Assembly: GCA_938008535.1 (NCBI GenBank)
Contig: CALLKF010000164.1
Span: forward strand, 10,202-74,201
DNA: 64,000 bases
Source: an uncultured Saprospirales bacterium
GTDB lineage: Bacteria > Bacteroidota > Bacteroidia > Chitinophagales > JADIYW01
Reading direction: 5' to 3'
Shown here: piece after piece, positions 50,477 through 59,233 of the stretch
How the letters are laid out: every line of letters starts with the position of its first letter
Position numbering within the stretch: the stretch's first letter is position 1
Translations under genes and position numbers: made by a program
The notes under the pieces: model-generated
Database searches by the model: none
Seen by the model: only the letters and a program-made list of their open reading frames with translations
What the model was told of the DNA's origin: nothing

Positions 50477-50631
50477 TGTAAGGTGATGAAACTGGCAGCC
50501 ATGCCCTCTTGTCTCGAGGGTGAGGATCACGAAATAAAGTTAGAGTAGAGCACTTCAATGTGCAGGGGTTGACCACCAACTTTTGCTCTTTTCCTAATCG
50601 CCTTTTGGAGGTTCGACTCCTTCTCTTACAG
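50477..50631 (+). ncRNA. 155-nt tRNA-like RNA of unknown function (acceptor, class-II-type D arm, anticodon-like hairpin, ~86-nt extra domain, canonical T arm)
   Basis: Hand fold. The acceptor is TGTAAGG (50477-83) paired with TCTTACA (50624-30). The D arm is ATG-AAACTGGCAGC-CAT (50486-502). The anticodon-like hairpin is CCCTC-TTGTCTC-GAGGG (50504-20). The T arm is GGAGG-TTCGACT-CCTTC (50607-23) and the discriminator is G. A promoter lies upstream and a terminator downstream. Confidence 0.6.
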
Positions 50632-50635
50632 CAAC

Positions 50636-50668
50636 AAAATCCGAATCAGAAATGGTTCGGATTTTTTT
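50636..50668 (+). terminator. Rho-independent terminator of the tRNA-like RNA
   Basis: AATCCGAA (50638-45) pairs with TTCGGATT (50656-63) around a 10-nt loop. A T7 run follows. Confidence 0.7.
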
Positions 50669-50888
50669 ATTTTAATGATTTTCATAAATCTTAAATATAC
50701 ACAACTCATATTGCATTAGATTCGTCCTTATATCGCTTTTAGCAAAATTTCCTTTTCTGCTTTTATCAGTGTAATACTTGCTACAGTTTAGATAAACTTT
50801 CTTTGTGACGAAAGCTTGATGTTCCATTTTGGAATATCAAAGTTTTAATTTTTATTTGGGAAATGATTTTCATTTCTCTTATTGCTTT

Positions 50889-52670
50889 CTAACTATACAA
50901 CGCTTCCAATCCTAATTTTGTAATTCTGGATCTTATTGCACCAGTTGTTCTGCCAAACTGTTTTGCCAACTCTTTTATTTCTAAACCTTCACAGCATAAA
51001 TTTTCTAATTGTTTATCGAGTTCAGCTGTCCAAGGTTTATAAGCATCTTTATATTTATTTCTTTTTTCTTCTACAGAATAAGATTTCACTTTGTCAAATT
51101 CTTTGCTAACAACTTTTGTTTTTGTAATAAATGTATTTGCTGGTTTCTTTTCTTCTTCAACAGCAACTTTCAAAACATGTATCATTGAAGAAACAGGAAA
51201 CATCTTTGGCATTAAGGTTTCTGGAATAAAGATGTTATTTTTTGTTCTTGTTACAGCAACATACAGCATATTTATTTCTTCATTTATTTTTGTCGCACTG
51301 GTTTCTAATCCTTTTTTATCTAGTTTTAATTTCTCTAGTTTTTCTTCTGTTATAAAATCACCAACCAACTGAATAGTATCATATTCCATTCCTTTGCAGC
51401 GATGAACGGTAGAAAAAATCATCTCAGCTTTTTCTTTTTCATCCACATGTTTTTCTTTAATCGCTTTAATTATTTCTGGAATTTTGTTGCCATATTCTTT
51501 TATAATTTTAACCATAATAGCAAGCTGCACATCTTCTGTTTTCTCAATATAATCTACTAACTCACTCATATCATTCATTGCTTTTATGAGTTTATCTTTA
51601 ATCAAAAAATGCTTTGCGTTATATAGATTCAGCACATCGTATAATGATGCACCTTCATCTGCATACGTATAAGAATTTATATTGCCTTCAAAATAAATGG
51701 ATTTCACTTCTTTCTTCTTTGTTACATATTCAATGGCTTTGAGTAATAAACCAAGATTAGTTCGCGCAATTACTGCTTTTGTATTAGTCTCATTGCAAGT
51801 GCCTTTGCCAATTATTTGTATTGGTTGATGTTCGCCAATATGTACTTTGTATTTTAAAACAGACATCGCAAGGTTTGCAATATCATTACTAAATCTAAAA
51901 CTAGTAGAAAGATAATACGTTTTAAAATCGGCTTTTTCAAGCGAGTTCACTGCATAACGCCAACCATAAATTTGCTGATGCGTGTCGCCGACAATCACTT
52001 TTATGGCATTTTGTTTTAAGAAAATATCCAACATCGCAGCCGAACCATCTTGTCCTTCATCAAATAAAATATAATCATACTGAAGAATTGGATTGGAAAG
52101 TTGAAATTTTTTCAAATAAAAATCATGCGTTATTTCAATCTCTTCATTATCCATCATTTCCAAAAAAACACTTGCCTGTTTCTTAATGTAATTATAGACA
52201 GACGAAACAAATACTTTAGTCTTTGGTTCGGAAATAGTATCCAAATAATTTAAATCTTCAATTTTTTGTTTATCGCTATTAAAGAAATATGCGATGAACT
52301 TATTTATATGGTTTGCAATTACATATTCTGTATGTTTTTCGCCATTACCTTTTAAATTTAAAAGGTCTGCAATTTCGTTTGTTTTATAACCGTTGGCATT
52401 TATTGTATAATTAGATTTAAAAACAATATGCTTGTAAGCAAGTGAATGAGCCGTTTCAACCTGCACATTATGAAGTCCTTTTGCCGCAAATTTTTTAGCA
52501 GCTTCTATTTTCACTGTTTTATTAAAAGCAAGATATAATATTTTACTTTTTGCAGGTCTTGTTTTCGCATATTCAATTACAGTGGTCGTTTTTCCAGAAC
52601 CAGCAACAGCATTTATTTTTATATTTCCAGTCGAATTTATGATGTCGTGTTGCTCTTTGGTTAATTCCAT
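50889..52670 (-). CDS. Superfamily 1 UvrD/Rep-like DNA helicase with C-terminal helix-turn-helix domain
   Basis: 593-aa ORF. Helicase motifs are Walker A AVAGSGKTT, motif II LFDEGQD, GDTHQQIYGWR, STVHRCKGMEYD and LYVAVTRTKNNIF. The last ~55 aa (WTAELDKQLENLCCEGLEIKELAKQFGRTTGAIRSRITKLGL) look like a sigma-70 region 4 / Myb-type HTH. Confidence 0.8.
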   Translation of the reverse strand: MELTKEQHDIINSTGNIKINAVAGSGKTTTVIEYAKTRPAKSKILYLAFNKTVKIEAAKKFAAKGLHNVQVETAHSLAYKHIVFKSNYTINANGYKTNEIADLLNLKGNGEKHTEYVIANHINKFIAYFFNSDKQKIEDLNYLDTISEPKTKVFVSSVYNYIKKQASVFLEMMDNEEIEITHDFYLKKFQLSNPILQYDYILFDEGQDGSAAMLDIFLKQNAIKVIVGDTHQQIYGWRYAVNSLEKADFKTYYLSTSFRFSNDIANLAMSVLKYKVHIGEHQPIQIIGKGTCNETNTKAVIARTNLGLLLKAIEYVTKKKEVKSIYFEGNINSYTYADEGASLYDVLNLYNAKHFLIKDKLIKAMNDMSELVDYIEKTEDVQLAIMVKIIKEYGNKIPEIIKAIKEKHVDEKEKAEMIFSTVHRCKGMEYDTIQLVGDFITEEKLEKLKLDKKGLETSATKINEEINMLYVAVTRTKNNIFIPETLMPKMFPVSSMIHVLKVAVEEEKKPANTFITKTKVVSKEFDKVKSYSVEEKRNKYKDAYKPWTAELDKQLENLCCEGLEIKELAKQFGRTTGAIRSRITKLGLEALYS

Positions 52671-52943
52671 TTTTTAAATGTTTAATTAAATAGTTTCAGA
52701 TGTAAGAAAAATAAAAAAACAGCATTTGTGTAAATAAATTTATGCGTGCATTTTCTCTCTTTTACTATTGAGATACACAAACCACACAAATTCCATAAAT
52801 TTTTCTAAAAAAAATTAAAATTTAATATTGATAATAGATTTTATATTCTATTCCAAAAATAAATTCCATCATTTCCTTGCAAATTATCTTATGCTAATTT
52901 ATGTTTGGCAAAATGCATCTACATTTAATTAAAATAAAAAAAC

Positions 52944-53807
52944 ATGGTAGCAACTGCATCAAAATTAAAAGTGCGCAACGTTCAATTCAATTTCGATAAA
53001 GTACAGAAACACTGGATTCTTAATAGTGCCATTGCCACGCACTTTGTAAATAGCATGCATGTGGTTTTTCCTGAAGGCGAAAAGTTTTTTGTGCGTAGCG
53101 TGCGTAAATTTGCAAAAGATATTAAAGACGAAAATCTGAAAAAAGAAATAACTAGTTTCTGCGGACAAGAAGGTGTGCATGCGCGCGAGCACCAACGTTT
53201 TTGGCAAGTAATGGAAGAACAAAATCTGCAACCCAATTGGTTTGCGAACTTCTTGAAAACAACTGCTTTTTCCGGAAAATACAGCTATGAAAATATCAGC
53301 ACTTCGTTACTAAATAAAATACAACCTCGTTTAGGCGACAAGTTCGGACTATCAGTAACTACTGCATTGGAGCACTATACAGCCATTTTGGCAAATGCAT
53401 TATTTCACGAACCAATTGCCAATAACGATCATATTGCGCCGCAAATGTTGGAGTTGCTACATTGGCATGCTTCAGAAGAAATTAAACATAAAGCAGTTTG
53501 TTTTGATGTATTAAAAGAAGTAGATGATAGTTATATTTTGCGCATTTCTGGAATGGGTTTGGCGACCATTTTACTTTGGAATTATTTGGCAATCGGACAA
53601 ATTTATTTTATTGCAAAAGACAAAGATAAGAGCATTATTAAAATGCCTATTGAAAGTTACATGCTGCTAAAAACGATTGTTTTTGGTGAAATTGGAAAAG
53701 GATTATCCAAAAATTTATTGAGTTATTTTAAAAAAGATTTTCATCCAAATGATATCGACGATCGTTATTTAATTGATAATTTCTTTAAGGATAAAAGCTA
53801 TGCCTAA
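52944..53807 (+). CDS. Predicted metal-dependent hydrolase (PF10118-like)
   Basis: 287-aa ORF. GQEGVHAREH and HWHASEEIKHKAVCFDV are His/Glu-rich motifs. A C-terminal hydrophobic segment is present. Confidence 0.55.
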   Translation: MVATASKLKVRNVQFNFDKVQKHWILNSAIATHFVNSMHVVFPEGEKFFVRSVRKFAKDIKDENLKKEITSFCGQEGVHAREHQRFWQVMEEQNLQPNWFANFLKTTAFSGKYSYENISTSLLNKIQPRLGDKFGLSVTTALEHYTAILANALFHEPIANNDHIAPQMLELLHWHASEEIKHKAVCFDVLKEVDDSYILRISGMGLATILLWNYLAIGQIYFIAKDKDKSIIKMPIESYMLLKTIVFGEIGKGLSKNLLSYFKKDFHPNDIDDRYLIDNFFKDKSYA

Positions 53808-53873
53808 TCCTGGTTTAGTAAATAAATCAAAACACTATTTGCAAATTGGAATAGTATTTGATATATTTATTCT

Positions 53874-54260
53874 ATGAAAAAGTTATTTTACTTTATTCTT
53901 GCGAGTGTATTGCTTTCAGCATGCACACAAGTTCCAATAGGCAATGGAAACAATAATCCATCGAACGGACAACGTATAAAAGCAAAAGTGATTCGTATTA
54001 CTTGCGCTACAACAGTTGTTCAAATCTTGGATAGTAATTTCTATAGTTTAGGTGAAACATGGACTGTAAACGGAACATCAACCACATACGAACATGTTGC
54101 CGTGGTTTCTAACAAATGCGAATTTCCAGCGAATTTAACAGAAGGAAGTGAATTTTACTTTAAACAAATCAACGAAGCAGACGCCAATAACGATTGTGCA
54201 GTTTGTATGATGTATGATTTTCCACCTAGCAAAGGTATATTTCTGAAAGTTGTTCAATAA
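53874..54260 (+). CDS. Hypothetical lipoprotein
   Basis: 128-aa ORF with the lipobox LLSAC. I recognise no domain. Confidence 0.45.
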   Translation: MKKLFYFILASVLLSACTQVPIGNGNNNPSNGQRIKAKVIRITCATTVVQILDSNFYSLGETWTVNGTSTTYEHVAVVSNKCEFPANLTEGSEFYFKQINEADANNDCAVCMMYDFPPSKGIFLKVVQ

Positions 54261-54275
54261 TTTAAAGCTTCTACT

Positions 54276-54629
54276 ATGCACCAAAAAAAAATTGTTGTTT
54301 CCATTTTAATAATTGTATCTGTTTTTGCGTTACAATCATTTAATGTAAAAAAAGATAAAGTACGCAATTTACAAGTTTTACCTAAAGATATTTCTGATGA
54401 TGATTTAGATAAAATAATGGACACCTATTGTGAATCACTAAATGTAAAATGCAATTTCTGTCACGTGAAAGGTGACATGGCTTCTGATGAAAAAGAAGAC
54501 AAAAAAATTACGCGTAAAATGATGGTGATGGCCAACGAAATCAACGAAAAATATTTTGGAAAAGATTCAGGAACTGTTGGTTGTATGACTTGTCACAACG
54601 GCAAGAAAAATCCATCAGACATGAAGTAA
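54276..54629 (+). CDS. Small secreted dihaem c-type cytochrome (reaction-centre cytochrome c subunit-like family)
   Basis: 117-aa ORF with a signal peptide and two CXXCH motifs (CNFCH, CMTCH). Confidence 0.7.
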   Translation: MHQKKIVVSILIIVSVFALQSFNVKKDKVRNLQVLPKDISDDDLDKIMDTYCESLNVKCNFCHVKGDMASDEKEDKKITRKMMVMANEINEKYFGKDSGTVGCMTCHNGKKNPSDMK

Positions 54630-54641
54630 ATACATAAAAAG

Positions 54642-54672
54642 AGAAGCCATCATAATAATTAAGATGGCTTCT
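54642..54672. terminator. Bidirectional hairpin between convergent genes
   Basis: AGAAGCCATC pairs with GATGGCTTCT around an 11-nt loop. A-rich sequence lies upstream and T-rich sequence downstream. Confidence 0.65.
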
Positions 54673-54702
54673 TATTTTATATATGCGAAATACCAATAAA
54701 GT

Positions 54703-56520
54703 CTACCAGTTTACCGATTTCAAATCATTTAGAATTTTCGCTTCTTCAATAGAAATATTACCATCCAAATTAGCTACTTTTTCCATCTGAGCAATAATTT
54801 TTTCTTTCTTCTTAGGATTTTCAGGCATGCGAATCACAAGCTCTTTCTGTTTTGCCATATCTAATAAACCTTGTAATTTATCAGTGCTGTAATTCCATTT
54901 TTTGGCGATTGAATTGGCGTAATCCATTTCTTCTTTTGCAAAAACACCATCTGCTGCAATCGTTACCATCATGTTGTTAAATGCATAATCGCGCACATCA
55001 TACAATTCATCCAAATCATCTAGTTTTTTATTGTTTGCTAAAGTTGGTGCATCTGTTTTTTTCCAGGTTTCATACTCAGCAGCAGTCATCCATTCCGAAA
55101 TAATCCATTCAAATTCGGTACTATTTAATTGTGCAGTGCAATATGTACATTTGGTGTCAACCGTATCTTTTATTGGCGCACCGCAATTTGGACAACTGTG
55201 TGCATACAGCGAACCTTTAGGCATTTGTGCATTTATATTTCTACTTAAAATAAGAACTTCATTTTGAGAAGTAATCACATTTTCGAATGTTGGTTTGTCA
55301 GGATTTGCTATAAAGATGCGTTGCTGTGAACGTTTCAATGCCAATACAATATTGTCTTTATTATCTTTTTGAAAATAATCAAACGAAGTAACATGATTTA
55401 GATACAAACGGAAAAATAAATAGTTTGGTTCGGTTTTGATTTTACTTTCAATTTTTGCATACAAATTATCAGCAACAAAACGACGTGCTGTTTCTGGTTT
55501 TTTAAGCATAAATGCAGTCATCATTTGCATGTAACCATTGCTGGCTTTATCTTCTAAATTTTGTAACGAAAAGTCGTTTTTGTTTTTAATTTGCGATAAA
55601 ATTCGTTGCGCAAATTTTCCTTGTTTTTCAAATTTAGAATTAGAATTTAAGTAATCATCTGCTTGTGTAATTTCTGCTAAAACCCAATCGTAATCACCTA
55701 AATAAGTAATCGTAGAACAGTAAGGACAACGAGCCGTTTCGCCACCGTTTGCAGGTAATTGGCCTCCACAATTTGGACAATTATTGCTGTGATAAATGTC
55801 TTTTTCTTTAACACCAGATTTTTTAATAAACGACCAATATTCAGTTAAACTACTAGGTCCACCATCGTTGAGTTGCGTATATTTTCCGCTTTCAAAACCA
55901 TCATACATCGTGTATTGAATGCCAACATGCAAAATATCAAACACACCATCCGTTTCTACATCATCAATAAAAACGTTATGAATATTGATGTCAGAAATTT
56001 CGTTCGTTTGATCAATTTGCTTCATCATTAAAAACTGCGTATTAAAACGCTGATACATACCATCTGAAATCCACTTTCGCACAGAAGATAAATCTTGTAA
56101 CATCCAGGCATTTTGAATTTCTTTAAACGAAGTGCGTACTTTTTCTTTAAATAAACTGACGTTAAAATCAGTATTTTTTGAGACGAAACTTTGAGGTAAC
56201 GTTATATCTTTTTTTGATGCACTATAACTTGAAGTTGGAATGCTGTTTAAACCACTTGACGCTTGAGATGTTTTATAGAAATAATAAATCGCTGCAGCAA
56301 TAATTACCAAAACTATTACATTTATAGGAAATGGTAAACGCCAAATAATTTCAAATAAAATACGAATAATCCAAAATATAATTTCACCACCACCGCTTCC
56401 ACCGCCATCACCACCACCGCTTGAGCCACCACCACCACCGCCTGCAGCAGCAAAAATGTAAACTGTAAGTAGCGAAAATAAAAGAAAAGAAAAAAGTTTT
56501 TTCAAGTGTTGGTTTTTCAT
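54703..56520 (-). CDS. Membrane protein with Gly-rich N-terminal segment, two Tim44-like domains each carrying a Zn ribbon, and a C-terminal TerB-like domain
   Basis: 605-aa ORF. It begins with a signal/TM segment followed by GGGGGGSSGGGDGGGSGGG and a TM helix. Two internally similar modules end in CPNCGG..(x14)..CPYC and CPNCGA..(x10)..CTYC, followed by W(V/I)..E. The tail reads MMVTIAADGVFAKEEMDY...LDGNISIEEAKIL. Confidence 0.55.
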   Translation of the reverse strand: MKNQHLKKLFSFLLFSLLTVYIFAAAGGGGGGSSGGGDGGGSGGGEIIFWIIRILFEIIWRLPFPINVIVLVIIAAAIYYFYKTSQASSGLNSIPTSSYSASKKDITLPQSFVSKNTDFNVSLFKEKVRTSFKEIQNAWMLQDLSSVRKWISDGMYQRFNTQFLMMKQIDQTNEISDINIHNVFIDDVETDGVFDILHVGIQYTMYDGFESGKYTQLNDGGPSSLTEYWSFIKKSGVKEKDIYHSNNCPNCGGQLPANGGETARCPYCSTITYLGDYDWVLAEITQADDYLNSNSKFEKQGKFAQRILSQIKNKNDFSLQNLEDKASNGYMQMMTAFMLKKPETARRFVADNLYAKIESKIKTEPNYLFFRLYLNHVTSFDYFQKDNKDNIVLALKRSQQRIFIANPDKPTFENVITSQNEVLILSRNINAQMPKGSLYAHSCPNCGAPIKDTVDTKCTYCTAQLNSTEFEWIISEWMTAAEYETWKKTDAPTLANNKKLDDLDELYDVRDYAFNNMMVTIAADGVFAKEEMDYANSIAKKWNYSTDKLQGLLDMAKQKELVIRMPENPKKKEKIIAQMEKVANLDGNISIEEAKILNDLKSVNW

Positions 56521-56615
56521 CAGCTGGTTTTGTTGTATAAATATAAAAAATTAAAAATTAGTTCCATTGTTAAAAAACAGAAAATGGTTTAATAAATATC
56601 TAATAACTTTGCGCT

Positions 56616-57317
56616 ATGCAAAATGGCAAACTTTATTTAATTCCAATTGTGTTAGCAGAAAATGCAATACACACGATTCCAGCTTTCACTAAAGAAATTA
56701 TTGAGAATACAAATTTTTATATCGTAGAAAATTTAAAAACGGCAAGACGATTTATTAAATCTATTTATAAAGAAAAAAATATTGACGAATGTACTTTCTT
56801 AGAATTAGACAAACACAGTAATTACAAGTTTGATGAAAATTTTCTGAATGAAGTTTTTAATGGAAATAACATTGGTTTGATGAGTGAAGCAGGTACACCT
56901 TGCATTGCAGATCCAGGAAATAAGGTTGTTGAAGTGGCACATGAATTGGAAATTGAAGTGGTGCCGTTATCTGGACCAAGTTCTATTTTATTGGCGTTGA
57001 TGGCAAGCGGTTTCAACGGACAGCAGTTTACATTTAATGGTTATTTGCCAATTGAAGCGAGAGAGCGAAAAGATAAAATGCTACAAATGGAAAGTTATGC
57101 TAAAAAGTATAGCACACAAATTTTTATGGATACACCTTATCGAAATCAACGATTATTAGAAGATTTGATTCTGACCTTGAAATTTGATACGATGTTGTGT
57201 ATTGCATGCAATATCACGGCAAAAGATGAAATTATAAAAACGTTGCCGATGGCTGAATGGAAAAAAAGAAAGATCGATTTGAATAAAAAACCAGCAATCT
57301 TTATTTTAGGAAAATAA
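56616..57317 (+). CDS. SAM-dependent methyltransferase of the tetrapyrrole-methylase fold (RsmI/YraL-like)
   Basis: 233-aa ORF with GKLYLIPIVLAE, GLMSEAGTPCIADPG and PLSGPSSILLALMASG motifs. Confidence 0.7.
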   Translation: MQNGKLYLIPIVLAENAIHTIPAFTKEIIENTNFYIVENLKTARRFIKSIYKEKNIDECTFLELDKHSNYKFDENFLNEVFNGNNIGLMSEAGTPCIADPGNKVVEVAHELEIEVVPLSGPSSILLALMASGFNGQQFTFNGYLPIEARERKDKMLQMESYAKKYSTQIFMDTPYRNQRLLEDLILTLKFDTMLCIACNITAKDEIIKTLPMAEWKKRKIDLNKKPAIFILGK

Positions 57318-57318
57318 A

Positions 57319-57645
57319 TTATAAACTAAAGCTTTCGCCGCAGCTGCAAGTTCTTGAAGCGTTTGGATTGTTGAAGTAAAAACCTTTTCCGTTCAAACCT
57401 TCTGAAAAATCTAATTCGGTACCTAATAAATATAAAATACTTTTTGGATCAACAACTAACTTGATACCTTTGTCTTCAAATACTTCGTCATTTTTAGTTA
57501 ATTCAGTATCAAATTTCATATCGTAACTTAAACCACTGCAACCACCACTGGTTACAGAAACACGCACGAAATGGTCTGGTGAAAGATGATCATCTTTCCA
57601 TATTTTTTCAACGCGCTCTTTTGCTTTCTCTGAGATGAATATCAT
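57319..57645 (-). CDS. IscA/HesB-family iron-sulfur cluster insertion protein
   Basis: 108-aa ORF with GGCSGLSY and the C-terminal CSCGESF. Confidence 0.85.
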   Translation of the reverse strand: MIFISEKAKERVEKIWKDDHLSPDHFVRVSVTSGGCSGLSYDMKFDTELTKNDEVFEDKGIKLVVDPKSILYLLGTELDFSEGLNGKGFYFNNPNASRTCSCGESFSL

Positions 57646-57730
57646 GGTTTAGTATTGAGTATTTAGTAATTCGTACAACGATTCGATATAATCGATAACA
57701 AAAATATTAAATGGAAAGTTCATTTTCGCA

Positions 57731-59002
57731 TTACGAAATCGTTTCAAACTTTGTGTACGGCACCAACGCTTTCGGAATTTTGATACCATTTTCAGTTTGA
57801 TGATTTTCCAGTAAACTGGCAACAATTCGTGGTAACGCCAACGCGCTGCCATTTAATGTATGCGCCAGTGCTTTTTTATTTTCAGCATCTTTAATACGTA
57901 ATTTTAAGCGGTTTGCCTGGAAAGTTTCAAAGTTAGAAACAGAACTTACTTCTAACCAACGCTCTTGCGCCGCAGAATATACTTCAAAATCATAGGTTAA
58001 CGCAGATGTAAAAGACATATCGCCACCACACAAACGCAAAATTCGGTAAGGCAATTCCAACGCTTGCAACAAACCTTCTACATGTTTTAACATTTCTTCT
58101 AAAGCAGTATAAGAATTTTCCGGCTTTTCGATGCGCACAATTTCCACTTTATCAAACTGGTGCAAACGATTCAAGCCACGCACATCTTTGCCGTAGCTAC
58201 CAGCTTCACGACGAAAACATGGTGTGTAGCCAGTATTTTTTATCGGCAAATTTCTTTCATCTAAAATTTCATCTCTGTAAATATTAGTAATAGGAACTTC
58301 TGCAGTTGGAATTAAATATAAATTGTCAGTTGCATCATGATACATTTGACCATCTTTATCAGGCAAATTTCCAGTTGCGAAAGCTGAATCTTCATTTACC
58401 ATATGTGGCACTTGCACTTCTACATAGCCAGCTTCAATTGCTTTATCTAAGAAGAAAGAAATTAACGCGCGTTGCAACGCAGCACCTTTGCCTTTATAAA
58501 CTGGAAAACCAGCACCTGTAATTTTATTGCCTAATTCAAAATCTATTAAATCGTATTTTTTTGCCAAATCCCAATGTGGAACAGCTTTTTCATGTAGTTT
58601 CGGAAATTCTGTTACTGAAAAAACAACTTCATTTTCTTCTGGTGAAATGCCTTTTGGAACAGATGAATGTGGGAAATTTGGAAGCGTTACTAATTTTTCA
58701 AAAATTTGAGATTCGAGATTTGAAATTTGAGATTCTAATTTATCAGCTTCTTCTTTAATCGTTGCAATATTATTTTTAGCAAATTCAGCTTCTTCTTTTT
58801 TGCCATCTTTCATTAGCATTCCAATTTCCTTTGAAATAGAATTTCTTTGTGCTAAAAAATCATCTAATTTTGATTTGATTGATTTACGTTCATCATCTAA
58901 TGCAATAATTTCATCTACAAACTGAATATCTTTAAAACGCTTGTGTGCTAAACGTTCTTTTGCAAATGCTGTGTCTTTTCTAAGCTGGTCAATAGTTAAC
59001 AT
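57731..59002 (-). CDS. serS: Seryl-tRNA synthetase
   Basis: Start chosen at MLTIDQLRKD (59002); the track extends to 59068. It has an N-terminal coiled coil and class II motifs (FRREAGS, GSALALPR). Confidence 0.9.
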   Translation of the reverse strand: MLTIDQLRKDTAFAKERLAHKRFKDIQFVDEIIALDDERKSIKSKLDDFLAQRNSISKEIGMLMKDGKKEEAEFAKNNIATIKEEADKLESQISNLESQIFEKLVTLPNFPHSSVPKGISPEENEVVFSVTEFPKLHEKAVPHWDLAKKYDLIDFELGNKITGAGFPVYKGKGAALQRALISFFLDKAIEAGYVEVQVPHMVNEDSAFATGNLPDKDGQMYHDATDNLYLIPTAEVPITNIYRDEILDERNLPIKNTGYTPCFRREAGSYGKDVRGLNRLHQFDKVEIVRIEKPENSYTALEEMLKHVEGLLQALELPYRILRLCGGDMSFTSALTYDFEVYSAAQERWLEVSSVSNFETFQANRLKLRIKDAENKKALAHTLNGSALALPRIVASLLENHQTENGIKIPKALVPYTKFETIS

Positions 59003-59233
59003 AAATAGTGAATTGTGCAACAAATATAGATAATTAGCAAAAAATGTAGCTAAATACAGCGTTAGCAATAGATTACTTTTTAAAAAAAATGTAAAAAACT
59101 ATTGGATTTCTGAAAATAATCGTTTATTTGCATTATCAACCAATATTTCCACGCGTTGTATTGTGTTTCAACAAACAAATTTTGTATCCATTCATTTAAT
59201 AGTTTCCAATTCTCAACTTAAATAGTTCGACGT

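Noticed and set aside
50477-50631. Whether the tRNA-like RNA is simply tmRNA, tRNA-Sec, SRP RNA or a canonical tRNA with an intron
   Set aside because: tmRNA: the RNA is too short, has no GGGG..UGA 5' end, no G3-U70 pair and no tag ORF. tRNA-Sec: a UCA triplet sits in the GCAC-TTCAAT-GTGC hairpin (50550-63), but that loop is 6 nt, lies on the wrong side of the molecule, and no 6-bp D stem can be drawn. SRP RNA: there is no GGAAGCAGCC-type domain IV motif. Intron-containing tRNA: I could not pair any 5-nt segment just upstream of the T arm (ATCGC/TCGCC) with sequence after the D arm. None of these assignments fits, so I report it as an unclassified tRNA-like RNA.
56386-56450. Locally G+C-rich simple repeat (CCACCACCGC...)
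   Set aside because: It encodes the poly-Gly/Ser segment of the Tim44-like protein. It is not an independent repeat element or a foreign insertion.
57649-57852. 67-aa minus-strand ORF overlapping the serS 3' end
   Set aside because: It overlaps the serS coding sequence and the intergenic gap. No motif is present.
59003-59068. 5' extensions in the ORF track for serS, dapD (31505-31528), DUF1003 (23793-23846), DUF3127 (33286-33324), yidD (61717-61752) and marR (36928-36963)
   Set aside because: The extended starts overlap upstream genes or structured spacers, or add non-conserved residues. Internal ATGs give N-termini typical of each family.
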